Part shown: positions 10,813 to 22,110 of the stretch, piece by piece | Layout: each line of letters opens with the position of its first letter | How positions within the stretch are numbered: position 1 is the stretch's first letter | Notes under the pieces: generated by a model | What the model was told of the DNA's origin: nothing | Databases searched by the model: none | What the model saw: only the letters and a program-made list of their open reading frames with translations | Position numbers and translations under genes: made by a program | Assembly (NCBI GenBank): GCA_964291265.2 | Contig: OZ219747.1 | Coordinates: forward strand, 1,216,001 to 1,280,000 | Direction: 5' to 3' | DNA from: Alphaproteobacteria bacterium | Lineage (GTDB): Bacteria > Pseudomonadota > Alphaproteobacteria > SP197 | DNA: 64,000 nt

Positions 10813-10957
10813 CCAGGGACCTGACATGATCGGCGAGGCCCGCCGGACAGCACGAATCCGTCGGAACACCGTACGGTTCCGCAATGACGTGGTCCGTTGA
10901 AGTGAGATCGGGAATCAGTCAGTCTAGGGACGAAACCCCAACACTGGAGGACGGATC

Positions 10958-11959
10958 GTGACACTGTTCAGACTTGCAACAAGCGCGTTGGCTGCAATGG
11001 TCCTGATCGGGACCGGCTTCGGCGTCCCTGACAGGGCGGGCGCGCAGGACAAGACGTTCATCTCGATTGGAACGGGTGGCCCGACCGGTGTCTACTTCGT
11101 GGTCGGCAACTCCGTTTGCCGCATGGTCCACAAGGAAGCTGCCGAGGGTCGGTCGTCAGGCCGCCAGCACGGCATTCGCTGTGCCGCGCCTTCCACAGGT
11201 GGTTCCACCTACAACATCGGCCAGATCTGTCAGGGCGAGCTCGAGTTCGGCGTTGCCCAGTCCGACTGGCAGTTCCACGCCGTCAATGGCAGCTCCGACA
11301 AGGTCACCAACTGTCCCGGTCTCCGCGCGGTTTTCTCTGTGCACGGCGAGCCCTTCCACCTCATCGCCGGCGCGGGGACCGACATCGGCTCCTTCACCGA
11401 CACGATGGGCGTGCGCATGAACATTGGCAATCCCGGCTCGGGCCAGCGCGGCACGACGGAGGTGCTGATGGAAGGCTACGGCATGACCACCGACGACTTT
11501 GCAGCGGCAACGGAATTGACCTCGACAGAACAGTCCCAGGCTCTCTGTGACGGCAAGATCGATGCCTATGGCTACACCGTCGGTGTCCCCAACGCAGGCG
11601 TGTCCGTGGCAACCGACGGATGCGATGCCTACATCGTCGATCTCACCGGCGAGGTCGAGCGGCAGTTGGTGGCCGACAATCCCTACTATGCCTTCACCAC
11701 CATTCCGGCTGGGACATACAAGACCACGACCGACGACGTGACGACCTTCGGTGTCATGGCGACCTTCGTCAGCCACGAGAACGTGCCGGATGAGGTGGTC
11801 TACGAGGTCACCCGTGCCGTGATGGAGAACCTGGACGACTTCAGGTCCCTGCATCCTGCGTTCAGGAATCTCGATCCCGCTGACATGATCAAGAACGGGT
11901 TGTCGGCCCCGGTCCACCCGGGAGCGGCGAAGTACTACGCGGAACAGGGCTGGATGTAA
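10958..11959 (+). CDS. TAXI-family TRAP transporter solute-binding protein
   Basis: Signal peptide; SIGTGGPTGVY, STGGSTYN, AQSDWQ, GNPGSGQR, HPGAAKYY. Confidence 0.93.
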   Translation: MTLFRLATSALAAMVLIGTGFGVPDRAGAQDKTFISIGTGGPTGVYFVVGNSVCRMVHKEAAEGRSSGRQHGIRCAAPSTGGSTYNIGQICQGELEFGVAQSDWQFHAVNGSSDKVTNCPGLRAVFSVHGEPFHLIAGAGTDIGSFTDTMGVRMNIGNPGSGQRGTTEVLMEGYGMTTDDFAAATELTSTEQSQALCDGKIDAYGYTVGVPNAGVSVATDGCDAYIVDLTGEVERQLVADNPYYAFTTIPAGTYKTTTDDVTTFGVMATFVSHENVPDEVVYEVTRAVMENLDDFRSLHPAFRNLDPADMIKNGLSAPVHPGAAKYYAEQGWM

Positions 11960-11972
11960 TCCTCGCGTCCGA

Positions 11973-12006
11973 AACGGCCGGCACCGCTCATCGGGTGCCG
12001 GCCGTT
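11973..12006 (+). terminator. Intercistronic 13-bp stem-loop between the SBP and permease genes
   Basis: aacggccggcacc / ggtgccggccgtt perfect inverted repeat. Confidence 0.6.
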
Positions 12007-12017
12007 CGCTGGCAGGT

Positions 12018-14390
12018 ATGCTCGTGACGCAGAGCGGGCCGGTGCCGGAGCCGTCTGGAGCTGCAGGGAATCCGGAGACATTCGAGCACCAGGGACGTCG
12101 GCAGGGGCCGCGCGCGGCGCAGACCGTCGGCCTCCTCTGCTTCTTCTGGTCCGTCTATCAGCTGTGGATCGCCTCACCCTTTCCCTTCATGCTGGACTTC
12201 GCCGTCATCGGCGATGTGCCGGCACGAGGACTCCATCTCTCGTTCGCGTTGCTGCTCTGTTTCCTGATCTATCCGGTGTCGCGGCGCTGGAGGGAGCGCG
12301 GACTGCCGCCCTGGGATATCGCCCTGGCGGTCACCGGCCTGGTCGTCGCCTCCTATCTCTTCTTCGGTTGGCACGGTCTCGTTTCCCGCCATGGCCTGCT
12401 CTATGTCTGGAACGGCATTCCGATCGAGGCCATTCTCGGTGGCGTCGGCATCCTGCTCCTGCTGGACGCCACGCGCCGCGCGATCGGAATCCCGCTGGTC
12501 ATCGTCTGCAGCATGTTCCTGGTCTACTCGATCTTCGGCCAGTCGATGCCCGACATCATCTCGCACAAGGGACTCAGCCTGACGAGGCTGATTGGATATC
12601 AGTGGCTGACAGGTGAAGCCGTCTTCGGCATTCCCATCAGCGTTTCGGTCGGTTTCGTCTTCCTGTTCGTGTTGTTTGGCGCCTTGCTCGACAAGGCCGG
12701 CGCGGGACAGTACTTCCTCGCCCTTTCCTTCGCCATGGTCGGACGTTTCAGCGGAGGCCCCGCCAAGGCGGCGATCCTGGCGTCGGGCATGACGGGCATG
12801 ATTTCAGGTTCGTCGATCGCCAATGTGGTGACCACGGGCACGTTCACGATTCCCGTCATGAGACGGATCGGAATGCCCGCAGTGAAGGCCGGCGCCATCG
12901 AGGTCGCTGCGTCGACCAACGGCCAGATCATGCCCCCGATCATGGGAGCTGCCGCCTTCATCATCGCCGAGTTCATCGGCATCTCCTATTTCGACGTGGT
13001 CGTGGCGGCAGCGATTCCGGCGGTCCTCAGCTATGTCGCGCTGCTCTACATCTCCCATCTCGAGGCGGCGAAACTCGGTCTGAAGAGACTTCCTCCAGCG
13101 GAGATTCCGCCGCTGGGCGCGACCTTCCGCGCCGGCGTCCATCACCTGGTTCCCATCGTCATTCTCGTCTACCTGCTCATGGTGGAGCGGTGGAGCGCAC
13201 ACAGCGCCGTCTTCTATTCGATTCTCTCGGTCATGGTGATCATCGTTGCGCGCCGGATCGTCGCGTCGGCTCGCGGGCACGGCCAGCCACTCGTGGAAGC
13301 GGTCCGTGACGGCCTTACCGAGATCTACCTCGGCATGGTTGCCGGAGCGCGCAACATGGTCGGGATCGCCATCGCCGTGGCAGCCGCCGGCATCATCGTC
13401 GGCGCCGTGTCATCGACCGGCCTCAACAACGCCATGGTCGGCGTCGTCGAGGCGATCGCCGGAGGCAACATCTACATCCTGCTGGGGTTGACCGCCGTCC
13501 TCTGCATCATCCTCGGCATGGGGCTCCCGACGACCGCCAACTACCTGGTCGTCGCCTCCCTCCTGGCCGGCGTACTGGTGGAGCTCGGCGGCGCGGCGGG
13601 ACTCGTTCTGCCGCTCATCGCCGTTCACCTCTACGTCTTCTACTACGGTCTGCTGGCGGACTCGACACCACCCGTCTGCCTTGCCGCCTTCGCCGCCTCG
13701 GCGATCTCCAGGGCCGATCCCCTGAAGACCGGAGTGCAGTCATTCCTCTACGACATTCGCACGGCGATACTCCCGCTGGTATTCCTGTTCAACACGGAAC
13801 TGCTGCTCATCGGCGTCGAGAGCATCTGGCATGGCGCCCTTGTGACGGTGATGTCGTTGCTCGCGATCCTCGCCTTCAGTTCCCTTACTCAGGGCTGGAT
13901 GTTCGTCAGGGTGCGCTGGCACGAATCGATCCTGCTCGCTCTCGCCTGCTTCATGCTGTTTCGCCCCGGTTTCTTCATGGACCAGCTGGCGCCGCCGTTC
14001 GAGCCCGTCGCATTCGAGTCCTTCGTCTCGGGCGAGTTCGCGCCCGAGCCCGGCCGCCAGGTCCGCCTGCACGTGACGCGTGCGACGGACTATGGCGAAC
14101 GGTTCAAGCTGTTCGTGCTGGAGACGCCGGCCGAACAGGCGGTGACACCGTCAGAAACCTTCGGTGTCCACCTGGCGAGGGAGGATGAGCGCACGTTCAT
14201 CGTGACCGACCTTGCCTGGAACGGCATGGCGGAACAGGCAGGAATGGCCTGGGGCGACTACGTGACAGGGGTCGACATGGAACAGCGTCAACTGCCTCCC
14301 AAGGAGCTCGTCTACCCCGTCGGCCTGTTGCTGCTGGGCCTGGTCCTCGCATCGCAATTCCTGCGCGGCAGGCGCGCTGCTTCTCTCTGA
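12018..14390 (+). CDS. TRAP transporter 4TM/12TM fused permease (DUF3394-type C-terminus)
   Basis: GGPAKAA, SGSSIANVVTTGTFTIP, GQIMPPIMGAAAF, GMGLPTTANY, TPPVCLAAFAA. Confidence 0.93.
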   Translation: MLVTQSGPVPEPSGAAGNPETFEHQGRRQGPRAAQTVGLLCFFWSVYQLWIASPFPFMLDFAVIGDVPARGLHLSFALLLCFLIYPVSRRWRERGLPPWDIALAVTGLVVASYLFFGWHGLVSRHGLLYVWNGIPIEAILGGVGILLLLDATRRAIGIPLVIVCSMFLVYSIFGQSMPDIISHKGLSLTRLIGYQWLTGEAVFGIPISVSVGFVFLFVLFGALLDKAGAGQYFLALSFAMVGRFSGGPAKAAILASGMTGMISGSSIANVVTTGTFTIPVMRRIGMPAVKAGAIEVAASTNGQIMPPIMGAAAFIIAEFIGISYFDVVVAAAIPAVLSYVALLYISHLEAAKLGLKRLPPAEIPPLGATFRAGVHHLVPIVILVYLLMVERWSAHSAVFYSILSVMVIIVARRIVASARGHGQPLVEAVRDGLTEIYLGMVAGARNMVGIAIAVAAAGIIVGAVSSTGLNNAMVGVVEAIAGGNIYILLGLTAVLCIILGMGLPTTANYLVVASLLAGVLVELGGAAGLVLPLIAVHLYVFYYGLLADSTPPVCLAAFAASAISRADPLKTGVQSFLYDIRTAILPLVFLFNTELLLIGVESIWHGALVTVMSLLAILAFSSLTQGWMFVRVRWHESILLALACFMLFRPGFFMDQLAPPFEPVAFESFVSGEFAPEPGRQVRLHVTRATDYGERFKLFVLETPAEQAVTPSETFGVHLAREDERTFIVTDLAWNGMAEQAGMAWGDYVTGVDMEQRQLPPKELVYPVGLLLLGLVLASQFLRGRRAASL

Positions 14391-15010
14391 AAGAACCGCA
14401 GGACCGTCGGTCGCGACAGTACGCCATCATGTCCGGGCACGGGGCGCCTTCACGAACACCGGCGTGCGGTTGCTCAAGACGCCCGCCGGGGAGGGGCGAC
14501 CGGAACGGCTCCACCATGAGCGAGGTTGAGCGGCGGGAACGGTGATGCAAACAACCGGTAGCGATCGTGCGATGATCGCCGGCACAGCTGCATGTTGGCG
14601 CAAGTGTTCGATCAAGGGGTACGACGATGAGGATGACGCTGGCAACCAGGCACCGTCCCGGGTCTCGCCCGCATTCGCCCGGTTCCATCATGCCCCTGTC
14701 ACTGCGCGACCGAACGCTTGTCATTCGGCGAAGGAGCGGGAAGGAACAGGGACGATCATTGTCGCCGAAGCCGTGTCGGACCACTGACCGCTGGCCGGGG
14801 ATGTGGCCATCGTCTCCCGTTGTTGACGTGCCGGATGGACGGAGGAGGCCTGCCGCATCCGCCTTGAGTTGCCGGGAGCGGCATGACGTCGAGACAGTGG
14901 ATGTGCACGAGCCAGGGTGCCGCAAGGCCCGTGTGGTCGAGGGCATGATTGATCGCACCTGCGAGGTGACGTAGTGTCACGCCATCCGCATTGGTCGACA
15001 TGAAGAACTC

Positions 15011-15244
15011 ATGAACCTGCAAGTCACCGCCCGGTTGCCGGCCTGGATCGGGGCGGCCTTGGACGGGACCGCCACGGAGCTCAGGTGCAGCCGGGCAGAT
15101 GTCAAGCGTCTTGCCATCGCGAACTATCTCGAGGACTTTGACGATCTGTCTGTCGCCATCGCCAGGTTCCACGCCCCCGACGATGCGGTCCTGGACCGGG
15201 AGCGGGTCCACCGTCAACTTCTCGATGCGGAGCAAGGAAAGTGA
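15011..15244 (+). CDS. Ribbon-helix-helix (CopG/RelB-like) antitoxin, possibly degenerate
   Basis: VTARLP...SRADVKRLAIANYLEDFDDLSVA; immediately upstream of a RelE-like ORF. Confidence 0.7.
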   Translation: MNLQVTARLPAWIGAALDGTATELRCSRADVKRLAIANYLEDFDDLSVAIARFHAPDDAVLDRERVHRQLLDAEQGK

Positions 15245-15468
15245 GGTCAGGGGACTCAGGCGCGTTGTCATTCCGCATCGTGGCGGCGATCGATCGACCG
15301 GCGGAGACTCCTCTTCCCGGAGCGTCACTGAAGGGCGACTTCGGGAGATTGCGCCGGTTCATTGTTGGTAGCTGTCGCATCCTGTACGAACTGCGCGACG
15401 ACGAACTCGTCCGGCCGGTTGTCCGAGTCGCCCATCGGGGCGACAGCTGTCGGTGGAGGCCGGGTTGA
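15241..15468 (+). pseudogene. RelE/ParE-family toxin, degenerate
   Basis: RIVAAIDR...LKGDFGRLRRFIVGSCRILYELRDDELVRPVVRVAHR; typical N-terminus and conserved RVGxYR / VYR residues are eroded. Confidence 0.7.
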
Positions 15469-15727
15469 GCTCTGGCAGCCGACGATCTGTGGGGAAGTCA
15501 CTGCCGATCAGGCAGGCAGGGAACATGAGGATGGTCTTGTGCTGGCGCCACCAAAGGACGGTGCTGTCGCTTGGCTCGGCAGGCATGGCCAACCCTGGAG
15601 GACATCGGCTTCAGGGACGGACAGCGCATCTTCAACCGATCGACCACGTTCGAGTTCCATGGCCGAACGTGCTTGCTGTGCTTGAATCGTGGACCTGTGG
15701 CAAGGCCGGGACTGCAGGGTTGTCCGC

Positions 15728-17014
15728 ATGAACCCGAGACTCTTTCCGAAGCCGCCGCCAGCTGAACCCCTGCCGCTGGAGATATGGCTGGATCAGGCGG
15801 ATCGATCCGAGGTCGGCCGTGAGCCGTTCTTTCGGGGCCGTGACGAGGAGTTCGATGTGTTCCGCAGGGCGGTCAACAGTCTCGATGCAGGACGAATAGG
15901 TGGCGGTACGATGGTCTTCCAGGGCGCACCGGGTGCCGGGAAGTCTGCGTTGATGGAAGAGTGTCTGGAAGCCGTCCGACGTCATTCCACTCCAGAACGC
16001 CCCTGGGTGGCCGTGACGATGAATCCCGATTCCCTTCGGTCTCCTGTCGATGTCATCGAGGTATTGGTCGATGCGGCCAATGGAGAAAGCGTGCGCTTGC
16101 GGGAGGTGGCATCCGGTTCCGTCACCGTCACGGTTCTGGATCAGTTGATTGACCTGGGCAACAGGTTGTACCGGGAGCTGTCGGAGCGCGGTGGCGGAGC
16201 GTTCGGCCTGTCCTTGGGGGGGCGAAAGGATGCAGGAGTGACGGCCGGCAGGGTGTTTCGGAACGCTGCCCCACTCCTCGAGAAGTTCCATGTGGTGGTC
16301 TGTGTCGACGAAGCCCAGAACATGCCGGTCTCGGACCCGACCCGTGGAGTTCTCGACTGTCTGCATCGAGACCCTCAGGGGATTCCCCTTGTGGCGGCCT
16401 TCTTCGGCTTGGGCGACACCCAGGACGTGCTGAGCCAGTGCGGCCTGTCGAGGTTCGCCAGGGGGCGGATTGTCAACCTCGCCCCTTTGTCGGCCGATGA
16501 TGCGGCCTGCGCCATTCGGGATATGCTTGCAACCTACGGCTTCATGGGAACGTCGGAAGTCCGGTCGGCATGGGTCGACAATCTGGCGAAACTGTCCCAG
16601 GGGTGGCCGCAGCACATCAACAGCGTGTCCGTTGCAGCGAGTCGCATCATTCGGGAGAACGGTTGCCGGCTCGACTCGGCGAATCTGGATGCGGCCATGG
16701 CTGCTGGCGAGGAACACATGAACGAGTACTATGCAGGACGGCTTTCCGCGGGGTCGCAGGACCCCGGATTCTACAAGCGGCTTGCCTTGGTGGCCGAATC
16801 GAGGCCCGATGGGGTCTTGCCGCGCGCGGAACTGAGGCGTCTGGCCTCGATCTTGCAGGAAGAGTTACAAGGCAGTTTCGACGACTTGCTGACCAATGCC
16901 CTGCACGCCGGTCTGCTGGCGCCCATCAGGGATCTTCCCTACCACTATCATATTCCGATACCGTCCCTCAGCGACTACCTGCGGGCATTGCCGGTGGAAC
17001 CGGCGCAGGTTTGA
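15728..17014 (+). CDS. Stand-alone P-loop AAA (AAA_16/STAND-like) ATPase
   Basis: FFRGRDEE, Walker A GAPGAGKS, Walker B VCVDEAQ, SQGWPQH (GxP-like motif). Confidence 0.82.
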   Translation: MNPRLFPKPPPAEPLPLEIWLDQADRSEVGREPFFRGRDEEFDVFRRAVNSLDAGRIGGGTMVFQGAPGAGKSALMEECLEAVRRHSTPERPWVAVTMNPDSLRSPVDVIEVLVDAANGESVRLREVASGSVTVTVLDQLIDLGNRLYRELSERGGGAFGLSLGGRKDAGVTAGRVFRNAAPLLEKFHVVVCVDEAQNMPVSDPTRGVLDCLHRDPQGIPLVAAFFGLGDTQDVLSQCGLSRFARGRIVNLAPLSADDAACAIRDMLATYGFMGTSEVRSAWVDNLAKLSQGWPQHINSVSVAASRIIRENGCRLDSANLDAAMAAGEEHMNEYYAGRLSAGSQDPGFYKRLALVAESRPDGVLPRAELRRLASILQEELQGSFDDLLTNALHAGLLAPIRDLPYHYHIPIPSLSDYLRALPVEPAQV

Positions 17015-17385
17015 CGGGATGTCTGTGCCGGTGTCCGGGTCGCCCATCGTTGGCGGCTGACCGTCCCGGCGTCCTGATCGAAGACACTGGACCTGCCACG
17101 GGAGTGTCGGTCCCGTTGCGCCCTGTCGAAGTCGCCACGGGACAATTCAGACCCTGATCCTTGTCGCGAAGCGCGGCACGGGGACGGGCTTCCGGGCCGC
17201 TCCACTCTTTCGGTTCCCTGGCAGGAGGCGTGATTCCCGGCAACACGACCCTGGCGAAGTCCCCGCGCGGAACACGTCGATGTTCCTGATGGCCGGGAAC
17301 CCTGGCTTCGCCGGTCGCGAACCGGCACGAGGATGCAGGGATGCGCTTGCGCTCTCTCATGTCTCATGCATGATTGACGCACGCT

Positions 17386-18975
17386 TCAAGGAACGATGCT
17401 GGCCCGGATGAGGTCGACCGCCTTCTCGCCTGCCATGATCGTGGGCGCGTTGAGATTGCCGCTGGTGATGGACGGAAAGATCGAACTGTCGACCACCCTC
17501 AGGCCGGAAAGGCCGCGGACCCGGCATTCGGGATCGACCACGGCAAGGTCGTCCGTTCCCATCCTGCACGTGGAACAGGGGTGGTAGCCGGTTTCGGCCT
17601 TGTGTCGTATCACTTCGTCGATGTCGGCGTCGCTCCGGGCGCCGTCCCAGGCGTCCGCTTCCCGTGTCCGGTAGGGGGCGAGGGCCGGCTGCATGGCGAT
17701 GTCGCGCGCCTGGCGGACGCACATCCTCAGATCTTCGAGGTCTGACGGCTCGCTCAGGAAGCGGAAATCAACGGCCGGCCGGATGGCGGGATCGGCAGAC
17801 CTGAGTCTCACCTCGCCACGACTGCGTTCCCGCAAGGTACCGACACATATGGTGAATCCGCCGGTATCGGACGGGATGTCGTGGTCACGGAGGAAGAACG
17901 GAAAGAAGTGATACTGGATGTCCGGGTGAGGCATGTCGTCGCGGGTCTTCGTGAAGGCGCCGGTGAAGACGGCGTTTGTGGCGCAGATGCCGCTCCGGTT
18001 CAGGAACCACCGGGCCCCGGCCATGGCCTTGGAGACCGGGCCGGCGTAGCGGTTGAGCGCATGGCGAACGGGTCCTTGGAACGGGATGTGAAGTTCGACG
18101 TGCTCCTGGAGATTCTGTCCGACACCGGGCAGGTCGTGACGCACGACGATTCCGAAGTCACGCAGGTGGAAGGCCGGACCGATGCCCGACAGCATCAGGA
18201 TGTGAGGCGAGCCGAACGGACCAGCCGACAGGACGACCTCCCGGGAGCAGTGCACGATCTCGATGTCTCGGCCCCGCCCAATCCTGACGCCGGTGGCGCG
18301 GTCCCCGTCGATCTCGATTCCGACAACCTCGGCATGGGTTCTGATATCGAGGTTGGGACGATGACGTGCGGGTTCGAGATAGGCGCTGGCCGTGCTGACG
18401 CGCCTGCCGTCGGCTATCGATGCATCGAACCGGCCCATGCCTTCCTGGTTCTCGCCGTTGAAGTCGTCGCTGCGGCGAAACCCCGCCTCGAGACCCGCCT
18501 CGACGAAGGCATCGCTCATCGGCAGGCGAAATGACAGGGGTCCTGTGTGCACCGGACCGCTTCCACCACGAAAGTCCGTTTCGCCGCCGGCGTGTGTCTC
18601 GAGCCTCTTGAAGAAAGGCAGCACCTGGCAAAACGACCAGCCTGTGGCGCCTTCGTCCTCCCAGCGATCGAAGTCCATCGGGTGACCCCTCAGGAACGCC
18701 ATGCCGTTGATGGCAGACGAGCCACCAAGTCCCTTGCCGCGGGGCTGGAAGATCCGCCGTCCCGCCAAGTTGTCCTGGGGTTCGGACCACCAGGCCCAGT
18801 TGTAGGGTCCCCCGGTCCAGTTGAGATAGTAGCCGAGTGGCATGTCGATTGACCAGTGCCGCGCCCTTCCGCCGGCCTCGAGCAGCAGCACCCGGACCTG
18901 CGGATCCTCGCTGAGGCGTGCTGCGATCACACTGCCCGACGATCCGGCTCCGACAACGATGTAATCCGGCGTCAT
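17386..18975 (-). CDS. GMC oxidoreductase (choline dehydrogenase-like)
   Basis: DYIVVGAGSSG, PRGKGLGGSSAING, LMLSGIGP, GQNLQEH, YHPCSTCRMG, SGNLNAPTIM. Confidence 0.92.
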   Translation of the reverse strand: MTPDYIVVGAGSSGSVIAARLSEDPQVRVLLLEAGGRARHWSIDMPLGYYLNWTGGPYNWAWWSEPQDNLAGRRIFQPRGKGLGGSSAINGMAFLRGHPMDFDRWEDEGATGWSFCQVLPFFKRLETHAGGETDFRGGSGPVHTGPLSFRLPMSDAFVEAGLEAGFRRSDDFNGENQEGMGRFDASIADGRRVSTASAYLEPARHRPNLDIRTHAEVVGIEIDGDRATGVRIGRGRDIEIVHCSREVVLSAGPFGSPHILMLSGIGPAFHLRDFGIVVRHDLPGVGQNLQEHVELHIPFQGPVRHALNRYAGPVSKAMAGARWFLNRSGICATNAVFTGAFTKTRDDMPHPDIQYHFFPFFLRDHDIPSDTGGFTICVGTLRERSRGEVRLRSADPAIRPAVDFRFLSEPSDLEDLRMCVRQARDIAMQPALAPYRTREADAWDGARSDADIDEVIRHKAETGYHPCSTCRMGTDDLAVVDPECRVRGLSGLRVVDSSIFPSITSGNLNAPTIMAGEKAVDLIRASIVP

Positions 18976-19902
18976 GGCCCATACCAAGCGGCAAGTCGTG
19001 AAGGGAACAGCCCCCTGCACGAAGTCTGGCTTCGGGAGGCTCCTGCTCCGCGGACCATTCTGTCCTCTCCTGAAGACACGTGATGGATCATGTCAGCCCC
19101 TTGTGTACCGGATTTCAACTGTCGGCGGCGATTTAGAACGGCGGGATATTGGCGGAGAACCGCTCTTTTGGGCGCTGATCGTGTGAGTGGGTGACCACGA
19201 CAGGAGAACGTGCGGCATTGGACGAAGGTCCGCCCGGTCTTTGTTTTCTGCCTATTGTTGGATCCCATTGGTCTTGCATTGACGTTGACGATGTCGTTCC
19301 GGTCGGCGTTTTCTGGCGTTCGGCGTTTGTGGAACGTGATGTGGGAGGGGAGCTTCAGGCTTTTGCGCGTGGTTTCGTTCTGGCGTTTTCCGGCCTCGTC
19401 GTGGTTCGTCGGGCGGGACGATCTCGAGGCTGGAGAGCTGACGGTTTCTGTTGCGCTGGGCGAAGAGGCTGCGTGCGTTGCGGTTGCGGCGGCGCAGGGT
19501 GCGGCAGGCGTCGAGTGTTTTCGGGCGGATGCTGCGACCTGTGAGCCAGTCCGGCGGCGGATCGGGCGTTGCTGCGGCTCAGCGGCTGCGGCAGTCTCGT
19601 GATGTGGTGTCGTTTGGACGGCCCGGGGGTTTCCCGGGGAGGCTGAGAGGCGCGTCGGGGTGAGACGTTCTCATTCCTGGATGGTAACGCGTGACCGCGT
19701 TCAAGGGTCTTGCGAGATTACGTGTCCCTTCCGTAGCCGCGTGGCGGTTCGATGTCCTCGAGAGCCTCGATGTCGGCATCGGCGACGATCTGCAGGCGTT
19801 CTCCGTAAGGCGTGTCACGGAGTAACTGCCCAGGTCTGATTTTGCCGAGTCCTGACGGGAGGTGGATTGATGGCTCCGGTCTGATGACGCCGAGGAGGGA
19901 TG

Positions 19903-21444
19903 TCAGAAGCGCAGTTTCGGGATCAGCTGTATGGGATCGGGGTGGGCCAGTGTTTCGAGGACATTCCAGCCCTGTTTTCGGGCGATGGAGATGACGGATC
20001 GCAGCTTGGCGAAGTCCCATGCGCCCTGCATGGATCGGAAGCCGCCCGAGATTTTCTGGCGCAGCTTGCTCATGCGGAAGTCTTGCTCGGCCTGGTTGTT
20101 GGAGAACGGGACTTGCGGGTTGGTGAGGAAGCGCAGGCAGCCGTCCTTGTGCTTCTGAAGGCGAAGCGCGAGGTTGTGGCCGATGCGGCGTTTTCGTCGT
20201 CCGCGCTTTCCGGGCTGGAGCGGCGGCCTCTGTTCGTGGGAAGCGATGGCCTGCTCGAGGATCCTGTCCCAGGCTTGCGAGATGCGGGCGAGGAGTGAAG
20301 CGGGGATGTCGCGGTCGTTCTTGCGGGCGAAGCGGGCGGCTCTGTTGGCACGGATGAGGAGCCTGTGCATGGCGGTGGCCCAGTCTTCCTTCTCGATCTC
20401 GATCAGAGCCTGGAGTTCGCGCAGGTGATGGGCGTTGCAGGCACCGTGGCGCACGCCCTCGAGAGTGAAGTAAGTGGCCAAGTCGTCATGGATGACGATG
20501 CCGTTGAGCGTCTCGTCGATGTGTTTGCGGCCGGTGGCGATGCGCAGGATGGTGAGCAAGGGGGTGCACAGCACATGGAGCCAGTGGGTCTGGCCGTTGA
20601 TGCGGATGCCGGTCTCGTCGAGGTGTTTGACCGGTGCTTGGGTGCGGATGATCTGCGCGACATGATCGAGGAAGCTCTCGAAGCGCCGGGCGGTGCGCCT
20701 GCCCATGGCGGCGATGGTGGCGGTTGAGATCCTGACGGCGAAGAGGTCGCTCATGACCTCGGCGACGCGCTTCTCGGGAATGAACTGGGCGTGCAACAGG
20801 TAGGTCACCCAGGCGGTGATGCGCGGCCCGTACTGGACCGGGGCGCTCACGCCGTGCGGGAAGGCGGCTGTTGTCACAGCGCCGCAGGCGGCGCAGAGAC
20901 AGCGATGGGCGCGATGTTCGGTGACCTCGAGGGGCTGCGGCTCGGGCATGTCGAAGACCTGCCGACAGACGGGTTCTGCGTGACGGTCATCATCCGACAG
21001 CGGTGCGCCGCAGCCCTTACAGGCAGACGGAGCATGATCGACGACATGGTCCGGGTTCTCGGCCTGCTTCAGGGTGACTCCCTCGTGGCCGCGCTGACCG
21101 CCACTGGGCCTGTCGGACTTGCCGCGCTGGCTCCGGGTGCGCTTCTGTCGGTTTCCGCTCTTCTTCTTCGGACCGTCGCTGGCCGGTGGCTTGGAGCTGG
21201 TGGAGCTGTCGAGCGCGGCGCTGCGCTCGAGTGCGTCAATCCGTTCGCGCAAGCCGGTGTTCTCCCGCTCCAGCGCCTCGATCTCCCCGACCAGCGCCTC
21301 ACTCAGGCGCAACATCCCCTGGCCCCAATCCCGGAGGGCCTTGACGGCAGTCACGGCGAAGGAGTGTGGACTGAACAGGTCCTGAAGGCCCACGAAGGCC
21401 TCGTCATGGGCGGCGATGTCCTCGCGCCAGCGCGAGACGGTCAC
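19903..21444 (-). CDS. tnpC: IS66 transposase TnpC
   Basis: DSSTSSKPPASD, GGQRGHEG, CKGCG...CAACG zinc finger, HLDETG, CNAHHLREL, NNQAEQDFR...KISGGFRS; GTG start overlaps the MTase stop. Confidence 0.9.
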   Translation of the reverse strand: MTVSRWREDIAAHDEAFVGLQDLFSPHSFAVTAVKALRDWGQGMLRLSEALVGEIEALERENTGLRERIDALERSAALDSSTSSKPPASDGPKKKSGNRQKRTRSQRGKSDRPSGGQRGHEGVTLKQAENPDHVVDHAPSACKGCGAPLSDDDRHAEPVCRQVFDMPEPQPLEVTEHRAHRCLCAACGAVTTAAFPHGVSAPVQYGPRITAWVTYLLHAQFIPEKRVAEVMSDLFAVRISTATIAAMGRRTARRFESFLDHVAQIIRTQAPVKHLDETGIRINGQTHWLHVLCTPLLTILRIATGRKHIDETLNGIVIHDDLATYFTLEGVRHGACNAHHLRELQALIEIEKEDWATAMHRLLIRANRAARFARKNDRDIPASLLARISQAWDRILEQAIASHEQRPPLQPGKRGRRKRRIGHNLALRLQKHKDGCLRFLTNPQVPFSNNQAEQDFRMSKLRQKISGGFRSMQGAWDFAKLRSVISIARKQGWNVLETLAHPDPIQLIPKLRF

Positions 21445-22110
21445 GAACCCTCCCCGGCCTCGACGGCCATGATCGCCGCCAGCACGGCCAGACGTTCCCC
21501 CGGCGGCATGGCCTCGTAGCGCCGCCCCCAGTTGGCCGCCTTGCGCTTGATGCACTGGCGGGCGGTGAAGTTCCGCCCCGCGTAGCGCGACCAGTGCACC
21601 CGGTCGGGAGCAAAGTTGAACCATACCACCTCGGTCCGCACCTGGGCCTGGGTCGTCACCTGCAGCGCCACCCGGCGCCAGCCCGCCAGAAGATCGTCAT
21701 AGAGCGCTTCACGGGTGGCCCGAGACCATCACCTGGCAGGGCAGGCCCTTGAGCAGTTCAAGGAGCGCAACATGGTCCGCCTCCTCGTACTCGAAGCGGT
21801 AGCGCCGCGACGAACGCCGCGTCGCGTGCAGATAGGGCGGATCGCTGTAGACCAGCTCCGGACCCAGAAACGGGAACGAAGCCAGGAAGGAGTGAGCACA
21901 GTCGTGCACCAACTCCACCGGATAAGCGCACTCAAAGGCCTCAAGCGCACGCTCATCACGGTCAATCCCGATCGAGCGCTCCGACGCAGCCTTGCGCTTC
22001 ATCAGCGCTCCGCCCCCCAGATGGCTCTCGATATAGACAGAGTGCGGCGGCATCAGCGCAATCAGCGCCTGGCACAAACCCGGCGTCGCCTTCGATCCGA
22101 AGTACCCCAA
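21441..22110 (-). pseudogene. DNA adenine methyltransferase (Dam/D12-like), frameshifted
   Basis: YFGSK, ESHLGGGA, VYSDPPY, VMVSG; after CCG TGA A the frame shifts to ALYDDLLAGW...RTEVVWFNF (21441-21707). Confidence 0.85.

Noticed and set aside
14400-15000. Unassigned intergenic DNA, possibly a LysR-type remnant on the minus strand
   Set aside because: No convincing motif or RNA structure seen
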